DNA of 62,792 bases, filler included. It is 6 parts of 6 records of this genome, joined end to end, with 100 filler letters (N's around TTAATTAATTAA, not from the genome) between each part and the next. Parts side by side here need not be neighbours in the genome. Positions count along the whole stretch, not along the records: positions 36,084 to 42,172 come from SRR20825019_2893; positions 42,273 to 50,652 come from SRR20825019_2895; positions 50,753 to 57,627 come from SRR20825019_2905; 3 more parts are not named here. One strand, given 5' to 3'. Position numbers and translations under genes: made by a program. Shown piece after piece: positions 40,552 to 52,620 of this stretch (positions within the stretch are counted from its first letter, which is position 1; every line of letters begins with the position of its first letter). Under the pieces are notes generated by a model. The model was not told where the DNA came from, made no database searches, and worked only from the letters and a program-made list of their open reading frames with translations.

Positions 40552-41688
40552 TCACTCTGTTCCGAAGAAATCCTTCATCTTCGAGAAGAACCCGTTCGAT
40601 TCCGGGTTGTTCTCGTTGGAGGACAATTCCTCGAATTCCTGCAGCAGCTCACGCTGGCGTTTGGTGAGCTTTTGCGGGGTTTCAACGCGGACCTGGATGT
40701 AAAGATCGCCGCGGTGGGACGAGCGCAGCACCGGCATGCCCTTGCCCTTCAGGCGGAACTGCTTGCCGGCCTGGGTGCCTTCGGGAACCGCGACCCGCGA
40801 CTTTGCGCCGTCGAGCGTGGTCACCTCGAACTTGCCGCCAAGAGAGGCCTGCGTCATCGAGATCGGCACGGAACAATGCAGGTCCGCCCCATCGCGCTGG
40901 AAGAACGGATGCGGCTTGACCGAAAGGAAGATGTAGAGATCGCCGGACGGTCCGCCGCGCAACCCGGCCTCGCCCTCGCCCTGAAGGCGGATGCGGGTGC
41001 CGTCCTCGATGCCGGAGGGAATGTTGACCGAGAGCGAACGCTCCTCGATCTTGCGGCCCTCGCCCCGGCATTTGGGGCAGGGGTCGGAGATCGTCTCGCC
41101 GCGGCCGTGGCAGGTCGGGCAGGTGCGTTCGACGGAAAAGAAACCCTGTGCGGCGCGCACGCGCCCGGCGCCGTGGCAGGTGGCGCAGGTCGTCGGCGTC
41201 GAGCCGGGCTTTGCGCCGGAGCCGGAGCATTCGTCGCACACGACCGAGCTTGGCACCCGGATCTGGGCCGTCTTGCCGTGGAACGCCTCGTCGAGGCTGA
41301 TTTCCATATTGTAGCGCAGATCCGCGCCGCGCTCGCGCCCGTTCGGCTGACGGCGGCCACGCGCGCCGCCCATCATTTCGCCAAAAATGTCCTCGAAGAT
41401 ATCCGAGAAACCGCCCGCGCCGCCGAAACCCTGCGCGCCGCCGGCAGCACCCGGTCCGCCGTTCTCGAACGCGGCATGGCCGAAGCGGTCATAGGCGGCC
41501 CGCTTCTGCGGGTCCTTCAGGGTTTCATAGGCTTCGTTGATTTCCTTGAATTTCTTCTCGGCGTCAGCGTTGTCCGGGTTGCGGTCGGGGTGATACTTCA
41601 TCGCAAGTTTGCGGAAGGCGCTCTTCATCTCCTTCTCGTCAGCCGAACGGCCGACGCCGAGTGTCTCGTAATAATCCGCTTTTGCCAT
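40552..41688 (-). CDS. dnaJ: Chaperone DnaJ
   Basis: HPD J-domain, G/F region, four CxxCxGxG repeats. Confidence 0.98.
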   Translation of the reverse strand: MAKADYYETLGVGRSADEKEMKSAFRKLAMKYHPDRNPDNADAEKKFKEINEAYETLKDPQKRAAYDRFGHAAFENGGPGAAGGAQGFGGAGGFSDIFEDIFGEMMGGARGRRQPNGRERGADLRYNMEISLDEAFHGKTAQIRVPSSVVCDECSGSGAKPGSTPTTCATCHGAGRVRAAQGFFSVERTCPTCHGRGETISDPCPKCRGEGRKIEERSLSVNIPSGIEDGTRIRLQGEGEAGLRGGPSGDLYIFLSVKPHPFFQRDGADLHCSVPISMTQASLGGKFEVTTLDGAKSRVAVPEGTQAGKQFRLKGKGMPVLRSSHRGDLYIQVRVETPQKLTKRQRELLQEFEELSSNENNPESNGFFSKMKDFFGTE

Positions 41689-41718
41689 GGAGATGCCATA
41701 CCTCTTGAAAAAGAGTGA

Positions 41719-41740
41719 CCGGCCGTCCGAGGACGGCCGG
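41719..41740. other. Perfect hairpin in the dnaK-dnaJ spacer
   Basis: CCGGCCGTCC-GA-GGACGGCCGG; possible attenuator/mRNA stabiliser. Confidence 0.55.
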
Positions 41741-41769
41741 AATCATATCAGTCCTACCCGATCGTCGGA

Positions 41770-42172
41770 TCAGGCCGATTTCTTCTTGTCGTCATCGTCG
41801 CTGACGTCTTCGAAATCGGCGTCGACCACATCCGACTGGGCATCACGGGCCGCATCCGCGGAAGCCTGGGCTTCCTCATCGGTCTGCTGGGCCTCATAGA
41901 TCGCCTGGCCGAGCTTCATCGAGATTTCCATCAGCGTCTGGGTCTTGGCCTGAATGTCGTCGGCATCCGGCTCTTCGGCCGCAACCGCGGTCTTCAGCTC
42001 GTCGATCGCGGTCTGGATCGCGTTGCGATCGTCCTCGGAGACCTTGTCGCCATGCTCCTTGAGCGACTGCTCCGAGGAGTGGATCAGGCTTTCGGCCTGG
42101 TTCCGGGCTTCCACGCCGGCACGGCGCTTCTTGTCCGACTCTGCATTGGCCTCGGCATCCTTGACCATCTGC
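41770..42172 (-). CDS. dnaK: Chaperone DnaK, C-terminal part
   Basis: [36 protein letters not shown]; upstream of dnaJ. Confidence 0.96.
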
Positions 42173-42907
42173 NNNNNNNNNNNNNNNNNNNNNNNNNNNN
42201 NNNNNNNNNNNNNNNNTTAATTAATTAANNNNNNNNNNNNNNNNNNNNNNNNNNNNNNNNNNNNNNNNNNNNGATAGCCCTTTTGAGGTTTGGTTGAAAA
42301 CGGAAGTCGTATAACAACGAAAGTCTTGAAAGCATATATTGTTGTAAAAAATTCATATTTCTTCGGATTTACCGGTTTATTGTTATTTAATGTTCAAATA
42401 ACTGTCATAAAACTGTCATGTTCGGATGGTGCCGCAGTTCTTTTTCTACGCGATAAGGTGCTTTTTGGTCTGTGGCCATCATTGAAGCGTTCGTTGCGTA
42501 TTCGCAACCTGCGGCGGCATGAGGCCGGCTGGTCGGGCGGCTCATGCATTGGATGGGTTTCGGTCCAACCGTCTCCCATGCATGTCCCGAGCCGTGTGCG
42601 ATTGATGGGGGCGTGGCTCTGCATATGCGGTCGAATTCTGCCGTATCGCAACCGGATTGTCTAAAAATATCTTTTGAATTCAATGATATAATGAAGATCA
42701 GCACAATTTTGGAAGCGTGTTTCAATTGTAGATAGAATATTGGGCGTTAGCCTCTGGCTCTGGGTTGCATACCGTTGCAGGTTCGCAACTTTCTCCGTTC
42801 AAGCGTCTTTAAATGTTAGTAGTCACTGTCAAACTTGCTTGTATTTCCACTCGCTTAATGTCATTTCCCTTATTAAGGAATCAGACTTTTAGCTTTTGGG
42901 GGATTAA

Positions 42908-45900
42908 ATGACTTTGACTGAAGCGAAACCGCGCGGTGGGCGCATGACCAAACTCGCCGGGACCGCGGCCAGCTATGCGCCGCGCGGAACGGCGTCGGTA
43001 CTCGCGGTCAGCATGCTCGCGCTTTCCTCCGGCGCGGCCTATTTCGGCACGGGCGTTTCTTCGGTTTTTGCGGCGAATGAGTGCGGAGCGGCAGGCGGCC
43101 CCAATGCGGTGATCGAGTGTACCGGTGGCAACAAGCAAAACGGTATCACCTATAATAGCCTGCAGGGCGCAACCGTTACGCTCAATTCCTCCAGCATGAA
43201 AATCGGCAATGGCATCTTGAATGCGTTGGGCAATCAAAGGGGGGTGATGCTCACCTCGAGCGGGGGCAATGCACTGACCCTCAACGCCAACAGCTACGAC
43301 AGGATTTACTGGCCGGTCGTGCTGCAGGGCGATGGCGCGGTAGCCGCAAACTTTTCCGGCGGCGAGGTGCGGGGCGGGTTCCTTGCGACAGCCAATATTG
43401 TCGTCACGCTTGCCGCAGGCGGCACGGCCGATCATATCGGTACGGTCAGTCTTGACGGCACGACGTAGACATTGCCTCAGCGCTGACCCCCGGAACCAGT
43501 GCTGTGATCGTGAACGGTAATGCCGACGGTTCGGAGATGGCGGCCACCATTACCGGCGGCTCATCCATCAGCATCGGCGGCAATAATGCCTTCGGCGTTC
43601 GCCTGACGGGCAGCGGTATCGGCAACACCGGTTCGGTCACGGTCGATGGTGCAAGCCAGATCACTGCCTCCAACAGCGTCAACCAGGATCTCGGAAATCC
43701 GGGGGTTCACAAGGCAACCGCGATCAGCGTCGAAACATCCGGCGCCTCCAGCAGAGGGTTCGTGTCCTTGTCCGGTGATGCCGACGTAAGTGCCTCGGCC
43801 TCCAATTCGGTTGTCAGTTCTCTTTCGACCGGCGTTTCCAACAAAGCCGGCGACGGCGGCGTCGCCACCTATGTCGACAACGCAACCCTGACGTCGTCCG
43901 CGACTTCGCTCTTCACCTCGACGGCTTTCGGGATCGACAACCAGAGCACCGGCGGTACGGCTGAAGCCATCGTCGAGGGCGGCGGATCGGTTTCGGCCAC
44001 GGCTGACATCGTAGAAACGTTCGGCATTGGGCTGCAGACTTCCGCAACGGCGATCCGCAACGTTTCCGATGTCGATGATGCGACCGTCGTAGTTTTGGGT
44101 GATGGCGCGATCACCGCGACGGCAAGTTCGACTCCTCTAGGTACCGCTTTCGCTTCCGGCGTCATCAACAACGCAGGCCTTGAGGCGATTGTAATTCTGG
44201 ATGAAGGCGCGATCACAGCAACGGGAAGCGCGACCGGCCTCACTGAAGCCATTGCCGTCTCCAACACGGCTGCCGATGGAATTGCCGGTGTCGGCAGCAC
44301 CGCCGGCACGCTTTCGGCTTCTGCCACCAGTTCGGACGGCCAGGCTTCGGCCACTGCCGTCGACAACGTCGCCGTTCTCGGCGACACCGAGGCCTATTTC
44401 GAAGAGAACAGCCAGATCAGCGCCACCGCCAATGGCGCGAGCAATGCCCAGGCAGTGGCGATCAACAGCGATTCGCAGCAGGGCGATGCCGCCGTGCGCG
44501 TGGTCGGAACCAGCACTGTGAACGCCGAGGCAACCAGTGCCAACAGCTATGCAGTTGCATCGGCGATCGAAAACCGGGCGGAGAACGAGGCGCGTATTCG
44601 CGTCCGCGACGGCAGCACGATCACCAGCACGGCCACGGGTGCGGCGAGCGCCGGCCTTGGCGGTTTTGCCGCCAAGGCGACGGGCTTGCTCAACGCCTCG
44701 ACCGCAGGGGATGCGTCTACGGTAATCGACGACATGTCGGGTGTTTCGGCGCAAGCCTTCAGCACCGCAGCCAACACAAGCGCCACGGGCGTGAATAACT
44801 TCACATCGCTTGGAACCGCCCGCACTGCTGTCGACAATGGATCGACGGTCGATGCCCTGGCCGCCAGCCAGCTTGATGCCACCGCCGTGGCTGTTCGCAA
44901 CAGCTCCGACAATGGCGACAGCCGTGTCGAACTCGACAACCAGAGCAGCGTCATCGCCAGCGCGGACAGCGAGGCCGGCAGCGCCTCGGCCACGGGTATC
45001 GCCGCCAGTGCGGTCGATGGCGATGCCATTGTTCGCGTGCTCGGCGGCAGCGACGTCTCCGTCGGCGTCAGCGGCAGCGACGTTTATGCCTATGGTGTGA
45101 CCAACGTGTTGAGCGGGGCCGGCACGGCCGGTTTTGAACTCGATGCGGGCAGCATGATCAGCGCAGGCACACTGGACCCTGACAGTGCAACCGCGACCGT
45201 CATCGGCGTCAACAATGTCGCCCAGGGGCCGCTCGGCTCGGTATTCGCTTCGATCAAGGGCATGATTTTCGGTTCGGCAGATGCTGCTGGCGTTACTGAG
45301 GTCTATGGCGTCACGAATGCCGCGCAGGACGGCGACGTCGCGATCGAGCTTTTGGAAATGGCAGAGGTTGCCGTGCAGGGCATAAGCGACACGGATGCCG
45401 CCACGGCCGTCTCCGTCGACAACACCACGGCTTCCGGCGATGCCATGGGCGTTGTCGCGGGAGCCACCAGGTTGACGGCTTATGCCAATGGTGAACTCGC
45501 GACCAATGCGACCGGGTTTAACAATGCCTCCGCTTCGGGCAACGCCTGGCTTGCTCTCGCTGACTCAGGCAGCGTGAGCGCGAGTGCGATCAGCGACTCT
45601 GCTTCGGCTGAAGCCATTGCACTGAACAATCTCGCCAATGACGGCGATGCTTATGTCGAACTGCTTGATGCCAGCATGGCTTCAGCCGGCGCCAGCGGCG
45701 TATACGCGATGGCGCGCGCAGTGGCCAATGAAGTGAACGGCGCCGGAGAGGCAGTTCTGAACCTCGGGGCCGGGAGCACGCTGCTTGCCGACGTATGGGC
45801 AAGCGATGAGGCAATGGCGGCGGCGGCCACCAATTTTGCCGATGACGCCGGAGGCTCCGCTACCGCTATGCTGGGCGGCCTGATTTCCGTTGGCGCCAGC

Positions 45901-48576
45901 GGCGATGATGAAGTCACGGCGGGCGGCGTTTGGAACAGTTCCCGCTTCGGCGACGCCAACATGGGCGTTCTCGGAACAGGTGTCGTCAAGGTCGATATCC
46001 TCAGCGCTGTCGATGCCTCTGCAACCGGATTGCGCAACATAACCGGTTCGGGCACGGCCCGGCTGGTCGTCGATGCGGGAGCTTCGATCGACGCGTCCGC
46101 TATTGGATCGGATTATGCAGAAGCGATCGGCGCCGAAAATGTCGGCGTGGAAGGGGGATCGGCGCTGTCCAGCCTGGGCGGCAAGGTCACGGCATCGGCC
46201 AGCAGCGCCAGCGGCGATGCCGAAGCAACCGGCTTTAGCACTGAAACCGAAGACGTGGGCAACGCAGTTACGGAAGTGAAGTCGTCGGCTTCGGTCACCG
46301 CGACGGCGACAGCGGCCAATGGATTTGCCGGCGCGATTGGTGTGGCCAGCATGGCCCATGGCGCGGGCGACGCCTATACCTCTTCCGAGGCTGGCTCCTA
46401 TATCAAGGCCAGCGCGAGCGGTGGCCCTGTTGCCACGGTCGTCGGCATCGGCGCGCTTGCGGAAAATGGCAACGCGACCGTCGTAACCGCAGGCGATATC
46501 GTGCTCGATGCAAGCTCTGCCGGTGATATCTTCGCTGCCGGGGCCATCGCTCAGGTGAACAATGGCGGCATAGCCAGCCTCACCATGACGGGCGGTTCGA
46601 TTGTCGCGACTGCTTCCGCTCCCGGCGCGGCGATCGGTCTTGGCACATTCACGCTCGGAACCGGCGCGACTTACGCGGTCAATGCTGCTGGCGGTTCCGT
46701 GACAGCCGATATCGGCATCAAGACCGAGTCCGAGGCCGGGCAGACCGGCACGGTGATGATCGGCTCGGATGCCGCGATCACGTCTTCGGGCGGTCATGAC
46801 GGCGCGGCCCTTGTCGATCTGGACGGGTCGGTCACCGTAACGTCAGCCGGCACTGTGGTCGGTTCGGCCATGCTCGGCGCGGGCGACGACACCTTCAACC
46901 TTGTTGGCGGCTCCTGGACCGGCGATATCCTCGGCGAAGACGGCGATGATGCCTTCAACTGGACCGGCGGCGCGCTCAACAGCGGCTTCTACGGTGCAGC
47001 CGGAAACGACACCGCTTATCTCAGCGGCGGCGCAATCTATGATGGCACCGAGGTGTTCGACGGCGGTGATGGCATCGATACGCTGACCTTCGACGGCGTC
47101 TCGGCGACCACCGCGGGTTCGCTTGTCACCGACTGGGAAACCTTCAACCTCGACAATACCATGCTGACGCTGACCGGCGGCGCGATCACCGTGGGCTCGA
47201 CCTCGGTCGCATCCCAGGGGATCTACCTCAACGGCTCGACGCTTCAGGTCAACGAGAGCACCGTCTTCAACGGCAACATGTTCCTGAATTCCGGTTCGAC
47301 GCTTTCGGCGGTCAACGGCGCGACGGGCGATGCCATGACGGTGACGGGCAACCTCACCGGCGGCGGCACGCTTGCAATCGATGTCGACCTGGCGAATGCG
47401 AAGGGCGACATGCTCACGGTCAACGGCGCCTATCTCGGCGGCGTCACCACGCTCTCGCTCAACGAGCTTTCGACGGGCTATGCATCGGGCGCGCCGATCG
47501 AGATCATCACGCTTGACGGCGGCGAGACCGGCGCCTTCGTCCTGCCGGGCTACAACGTCTCCGGTGCCTATGCCTACGATCTGACAGAGGTCGGAAACCA
47601 GTATTTCCTGACCGGCGACTTCTCCAACGCGACGCCTGTCTATGAGGTTCTGCCCGAGTTGATGCTCACGCTGAACCGCCCTGACTCGCTGCAGGATCGT
47701 GTCGGCGAGCGCTACTGGAACCTTGGTGACGTTTCCGATCCGGGTTATGTCTGGGCCGATTTCACCGGTGGCCGCGAGCATTATGACGGCAGCGAAGGCA
47801 CCCTGAATGCCTCTTACGACGCTGATATCTACCGGCTTCGTATGGGTGTGGACGGGCAGTTCGGTGAGAATGAAAGCGGCTTCGCGGTCGGAGGCTTGGT
47901 CTTCCAGTATGCCAATGCAACGGCCGACGTCAGCTCCCGCGTCGGCGGCGGCGATCTCGTCACCCAGCTGTTCGGCTTCGGCGCAACGATGACATGGTAC
48001 GGCAATAACGGCTTCTATGTCGACGGTCAGGCCTTCGGCAATGTCATCAGCAACGACATCACGATCGCCGGTGCGCCGTCGCTCAGCATGAAACAGTCCT
48101 ACGGCTATTCGCTGTCGGCCGAGACCGGTTACCGCTTCGACGTGGCGCCGGGTTGGGCTTTGACCCCGCAGGCGCAGCTCACCTGGGGCTCTGTCAACTT
48201 CGATGATTTCACCGGCGTCTATAATGAAGACGTATCGCTGGTGGATGGCGACAACCTTGCGGTTCGCATGGGCCTGCAAACCGATCGTCGCGCCAATTGG
48301 AACACGGCTTCGGGAGAGGCCCGCAGCGCTTCGTTCCGCGGCATTGCGAACGTCTATTACGACCTGACGGACGATCCGAGCGAAGTCAGGGTGTCGGGCG
48401 TCGACATGTCGACCGACGATGGCGACTGGACCGGCGAGATCGGTATCGGCGGGACCTACACCTGGCTCAACGGCAAGCTCGGCATCAATGGCGACCTGAC
48501 GGCGTCGACCGGTCTGGAGAACTTCGGAGATAGCTACGGCCTGACCGGCAAGGTGCGCTTCCAGATGCAGTGGTAG
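42908..48576 (+). pseudogene. Large autotransporter/adhesin split by a single frameshift near 43461
   Basis: ORF1 (42908-43468) has the signal peptide; ORF2 (43504-48576) has an Ala/Ser/Gly beta-helix-like passenger, RTX-like GxGxD repeats and a barrel ending VRFQMQW; frames overlap at 43456-43468. Confidence 0.85.
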
Positions 48577-48596
48577 GCAACTGAAGCTTCAATGCG

Positions 48597-48630
48597 AAAC
48601 CCCCGCGATCTTGCGATCGCGGGGGTTTTT
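48597..48630. terminator. Intrinsic terminator
   Basis: aaacccccgcgatc-ttgc-gatcgcgggggttttt. Confidence 0.92.
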
Positions 48631-48664
48631 CAGTTAGGTTGGTGCTCAGCTTTTGGTCAGCGTC

Positions 48665-49024
48665 TCAATCGTTGCCGATGCAACCGAACATGTCGAAGCC
48701 GAGAACGCCATCGTCACACTCGGGCGGTCCGGGCTTGCAGGACAGCGTCGGGCAGGCATTGGTGTCCTTTGTCGGGATCTCTCGACGGATCGCATGGCCG
48801 CCCTGGCCAAAGCAGATACCGGCGTTGTCGACATAACGGTCATAAAGGATGCGGCCATCGCCTCTGGGGGAGGGGTAGCGCAGGATCGCAGCGCCCTGCT
48901 GCCGCAAAATCGAAAGAACCTGATTGCAGGTCATGTCCTGTATGTCGTAACGATTGATGGGTTCCTGCGCGCTTGCCGTCCCGAATGAGGCCAGAAGCAA
49001 ACCGGCCGCGATGAAAGTTTTCAT
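48665..49024 (-). CDS. Small secreted Cys-rich hypothetical protein (Rhizobiales-type)
   Basis: Signal MKTFIAAGLLLASFGTASA; RY...MTC...GAAILRY...LYDRYV...C...IPTKD...C. Confidence 0.75.
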   Translation of the reverse strand: MKTFIAAGLLLASFGTASAQEPINRYDIQDMTCNQVLSILRQQGAAILRYPSPRGDGRILYDRYVDNAGICFGQGGHAIRREIPTKDTNACPTLSCKPGPPECDDGVLGFDMFGCIGND

Positions 49025-49090
49025 GATGTATAACCCGTGAAGGCCTCCCTGATTGTCTGAATAACCCGCTTCAAGAGGAATTGTTTCACC

Positions 49091-49522
49091 ATGGTACAAC
49101 TTAAAATGGACGATTCAATTATTATCGATGTCCTGAAGTCGGTCCGTCGGATCGCGCTTGTCGGCGCCTCTCCCAAACCCGAGCGTCCCAGCAATCGCGT
49201 GATGGCGTTCCTGATGTCGAAGGGTTACGAGGTCGTGCCGGTCAATCCGGGGCTTGCGGGCAAGACGATCCACGGCGAGAGCGTCTATGGCAGCCTTGCG
49301 GATATTCCGGGCGCGATCGACATGGTCGATATCTTCCGCGCGTCCGCATTCGTCGGCGGCGTCGTCGACGAGGCGCTGGCGCTGACCCCGCTGCCGCGGG
49401 TCATCTGGATGCAGCTCGATATCCGCGACGATGCCGCAGCCGAGCGGGCCAGAAAACTTGGCCTGACGGTGATCATGGATCGGTGTCCGGCCATCGAATA
49501 TCCCCGGCTGATCGGCGCCTGA
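49091..49522 (+). CDS. CoA-binding protein (YccU-like)
   Basis: IALVGASPKPERPS, PVNP, DMVDIFR, WMQL, DRCP. Confidence 0.92.
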   Translation: MVQLKMDDSIIIDVLKSVRRIALVGASPKPERPSNRVMAFLMSKGYEVVPVNPGLAGKTIHGESVYGSLADIPGAIDMVDIFRASAFVGGVVDEALALTPLPRVIWMQLDIRDDAAAERARKLGLTVIMDRCPAIEYPRLIGA

Positions 49523-49529
49523 AAGCGCG

Positions 49530-49907
49530 TCAGCCTTCCTCGCGCAGCATGTCGGGTTCGGCGCGCATTTCATTCAGCAGCGCCTCGTTCTCGCAATAAT
49601 CGCGGAAGGTCTCGGCGGCGGTATTTCGGGCGAGGTCGGCGCGGCAGCGTTCCTTGTCGCGGCAGCCGGCGCAATTGGCTTCCATGACGTAATAGAGCCT
49701 GCGATACTGGAATTCCGCTTCGACCGGGTCGATGTTGAGCGCCTTCATCATCTCGGTCATCTCCGCGGCGTCGCGCGGCTCGGCGAGGTCGAATTGCGTC
49801 GTCGAGATCGCCGGGAAGACCTCATTCGAGCGGGATCTTGCTTGCGCACGATGTCGGCGGGCCGGGCCGCGATCGGCTCGGGCAGTGTCTTCGGGCAAAA
49901 TATCCAT
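49530..49907 (-). CDS. DUF6455-like small Cys protein
   Basis: MM.AL.ID...CAGC....RC...YCEN pattern; GAGGA RBS before ATG 49907. Confidence 0.7.
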   Translation of the reverse strand: MDILPEDTARADRGPARRHRAQARSRSNEVFPAISTTQFDLAEPRDAAEMTEMMKALNIDPVEAEFQYRRLYYVMEANCAGCRDKERCRADLARNTAAETFRDYCENEALLNEMRAEPDMLREEG

Positions 49908-50025
49908 TGCTGCTGTCCTCGTTGTCGACAGCAATGCTGACACTTGTATAAAAGACAGCATTGATCCCGATCAAAAAGCCGGAGGGTGCTTTCGACCGGG
50001 GCACAACAAAGGGAAGGAACTGACC

Positions 50026-50652
50026 ATGGAAAACCGGGAACCGGGATTTTCGACGCTTTCGATCCATGCGGGCGCCGCGCCGGACAGCGCCACAAATGCG
50101 AGGGCCACGCCGATCTACCAGACGACCTCGTTCGTCTTCAACGATTCCGATCACGCCGCGGCTCTTTTCGGGCTCCGGGAGTTCGGCAATATCTATACGC
50201 GCATGATGAACCCGACCACGGCCGTGCTCGAGGAGCGCGTCGCAGCGCTTGAGGGCGGGTCTGCAGCCCTTGCGGTGGCATCCGGTCATGCCGCCCAGCT
50301 TCTGACCTTTCATATGCTGATGCAGCCCGGAGACAATTTCGTCGCGGCCCGTCGTCTCTATGGCGGATCAATCAACCAGTTCGGTCATTCGTTCGAGAAC
50401 TTCGGCTGGCAGGTGCGTTGGGCCGATCCTGCCGATCCCGAGAGCTTCGCCGCAGAAATCGACGATCGCACCAGGGCGGTCTTCATCGAAAGCCTCGCCA
50501 ACCCGGGCGGCACGTTCGTCGATATCGAGGCGATCGCCAAGGTCGCGCATGATCACGGCCTGCCGCTGATCGTGGACAATACGATGGCCACGCCCTATCT
50601 GGTGCGCCCGATTGCCCATGGCGCCGATATCGTGGTGCATTCGCTGACCAAA
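50026..50652 (+). CDS. metY: O-acetylhomoserine aminocarboxypropyltransferase (3'-truncated)
   Basis: TPIYQTTSF, GNIYTR..NPT, LYGGS, ESLANP, VDNT.ATP, HSLTK (PLP Lys). Confidence 0.9.
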
Positions 50653-50753
50653 NNNNNNNNNNNNNNNNNNNNNNNNNNNNNNNNNNNNNNNNNNNNTTAA
50701 TTAATTAANNNNNNNNNNNNNNNNNNNNNNNNNNNNNNNNNNNNNNNNNNNNG

Positions 50754-51023
50754 GTCGAGCAGACCCACAAGGTCATGCAGAATATCAGGCAATTGATGGA
50801 AGAAGCGGGCGGCGCGATGGAGCATGTCTGCCGCGTGCAGGTTTTCCTCACCGATGTGCGTCACCGCGAAGCCGTCTACAGGACCATGGGTGAATACATC
50901 AAGGGCGTGCATCCGGTCTCCACCGGGCTGGTGGTCAGCGCGCTCGCCCGGCCCGACTGGCTGGTGGAGATCGAAGCCACCGCCGTCATCCCCGGCGGCT
51001 CCATGACCAAGACCGGAGCCTGA
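50754..51023 (+). CDS. RidA family protein (5'-truncated)
   Basis: VFLTDVRHREAVY, PVSTGLVVSALARPDWLVEIEATAV. Confidence 0.9.
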   Translation, partial: VEQTHKVMQNIRQLMEEAGGAMEHVCRVQVFLTDVRHREAVYRTMGEYIKGVHPVSTGLVVSALARPDWLVEIEATAVIPGGSMTKTGA

Positions 51024-51026
51024 TGC

Positions 51027-51701
51027 ATGACCTTCTCCATTGTTGCCCGCTGCGAGACGACCGGCATGTTCGGCGTCGCCATCTCCTCTTCCTCCCCGGC
51101 GGTCTCGGCGCGCTGCGCCTATGCGCGCGCCGGCGTCGGCGCAGTCAGTTCGCAGAATGTCACCGACCCGACGCTCGGTCCGATGACGCTCGACCTGATG
51201 CAGGGCGGCATGTCGGCGGCGGCGGCCATCGCCGAGGTGCAGGCAAGGGGCAGGTTCATCGAGTACCGTCAGGTGCTGGCCGTCGATAGGCAAGGCCGCA
51301 CCGCAATCCACTCGGGCCCCAATTCGCTGGGCATCTGGACGCAGGCTGCGGGACCGAATGTCGTGTCCGCCGGCAATCTTCTGGCCAATGAAGGCGTACC
51401 GCAGGCGATCGTCGACGGCTTCCTCGCCACCACGGGGCATCTTGGCGACCGGTTGATCGCGGCCCTGCGCGCAGGTCTGGCCGCAGGCGGCGAAGCGGGC
51501 CCGGTGCATTCGGCGGGCATGATGCTGGTCGACAAGGTCGCATGGCCGGTCGCCGACCTGCGGTGTGACTGGACCGAGGATTGCCCGGTCGAGACCGTCG
51601 CCACCGCATGGGAAGTCTACAAGCCCCAGCTTGAGGCCTATGTCACCCGGGCGCTGGATCCGCGTGAGGCACCCTCCTACGGTGTGCCGGGCGACGAATA
51701 G
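51027..51701 (+). CDS. DUF1028 (Ntn-hydrolase-like) protein
   Basis: MTFSIVARC, GVGAVSSQ, YRQ, AGNLL, AGGE, DLRCD. Confidence 0.9.
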   Translation: MTFSIVARCETTGMFGVAISSSSPAVSARCAYARAGVGAVSSQNVTDPTLGPMTLDLMQGGMSAAAAIAEVQARGRFIEYRQVLAVDRQGRTAIHSGPNSLGIWTQAAGPNVVSAGNLLANEGVPQAIVDGFLATTGHLGDRLIAALRAGLAAGGEAGPVHSAGMMLVDKVAWPVADLRCDWTEDCPVETVATAWEVYKPQLEAYVTRALDPREAPSYGVPGDE

Positions 51702-51766
51702 CCGCCCCTGCAAAAGCGCTGGAGATCGGCCGAAGGCCCGGTTGTTCGATGCCTCGCGACACTGCC

Positions 51767-52620
51767 CTACAGGCGTGCGGCCAGACGCTGCATCGATGAC
51801 AGAAACAGCGTCTCGAACTTCGGCCGGTCGAGGCCCGTCAGGACCGTCGCATTGGCGGCGCGACCCGCAAGGTGACGCTCGCTTGCGGCAGCAACGGACT
51901 GGCCTGCGGTATCGCCCCGAATGCAGGCATGGATCGCGGTAACCCGCCAGCAGCTTGCCGCAGGCGCCACCGAGCGGCGCGTCGTCGCCACTGAGCTGCG
52001 CAAGGGTCTCGGGCGAAAGCACAGCCTGTCGGGTCACGTCGAGGCCGGCCATGGTGATGGCAATGCCGCTTTCGAAGACGATGCGGGCAGCCTCCGGATC
52101 GACATGGAAGTTGAATTCGGCCGCTGGCGTGGTGTTGCCCGGCATGAACGCCGCACCGCCCATCAGCGTGAGACCGTCGATCAGCATCGGCAGTTCGGGG
52201 TCGAGCAACAAGGCCAGCGCAACATTCGTCAGCGGTCCGGTGGCGACGAGATGCAGGCGACCGCCGGCAAGGCGGGCGGCATCGATGATCGCCTGTGCGC
52301 CGTGAGGACCATCGGGCGGACGCGAGGCAGGCGGCAAGCCAATATCGCCGAGCCCGTCCCCGCCATGCATCGTCGAGGTCCTGCCCCCGCGGCTTGCCGA
52401 TCGGACGGAAGGCCCCGGCGTGAACCGCCACATCGGCCATTCCCGCCAGATCCAGCACCCGCCGCGCATTGGGCGCGGTATGCTCCAGCCCGACATTGCC
52501 TGCCGCCACCGTGACGGCCCGCAGATCGAAGCGTTCGGGATGAGCCGCCAACCAGAGGATCGCCAGAGCATCGTCGACGCCTGGATCACAGTCCAGCAAA
52601 ATCGGGCGCGGATCAACCAT
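51767..52620 (-). pseudogene. Inosine-uridine nucleoside hydrolase pseudogene
   Basis: DCDPGVDDA start; frameshift near 52375 into HGGDGLG...GPLTNVA...AEFNFHVDPEAA...CLH; deletion/frameshift near 51920 into the C-terminal NATVL...F..LF segment. Confidence 0.88.

Noticed and set aside
38957-41718. Long plus-strand ORFs (433 aa, 396 aa) opposite recF and dnaJ, and similar antisense ORFs in contigs 3-5
   Set aside because: Antisense shadows caused by GC-rich codon bias; no motifs
49925-50025. SAM riboswitch upstream of metY
   Set aside because: No recognisable SAM-II or SAM-SAH consensus; an Rfam scan would be needed to exclude it fully
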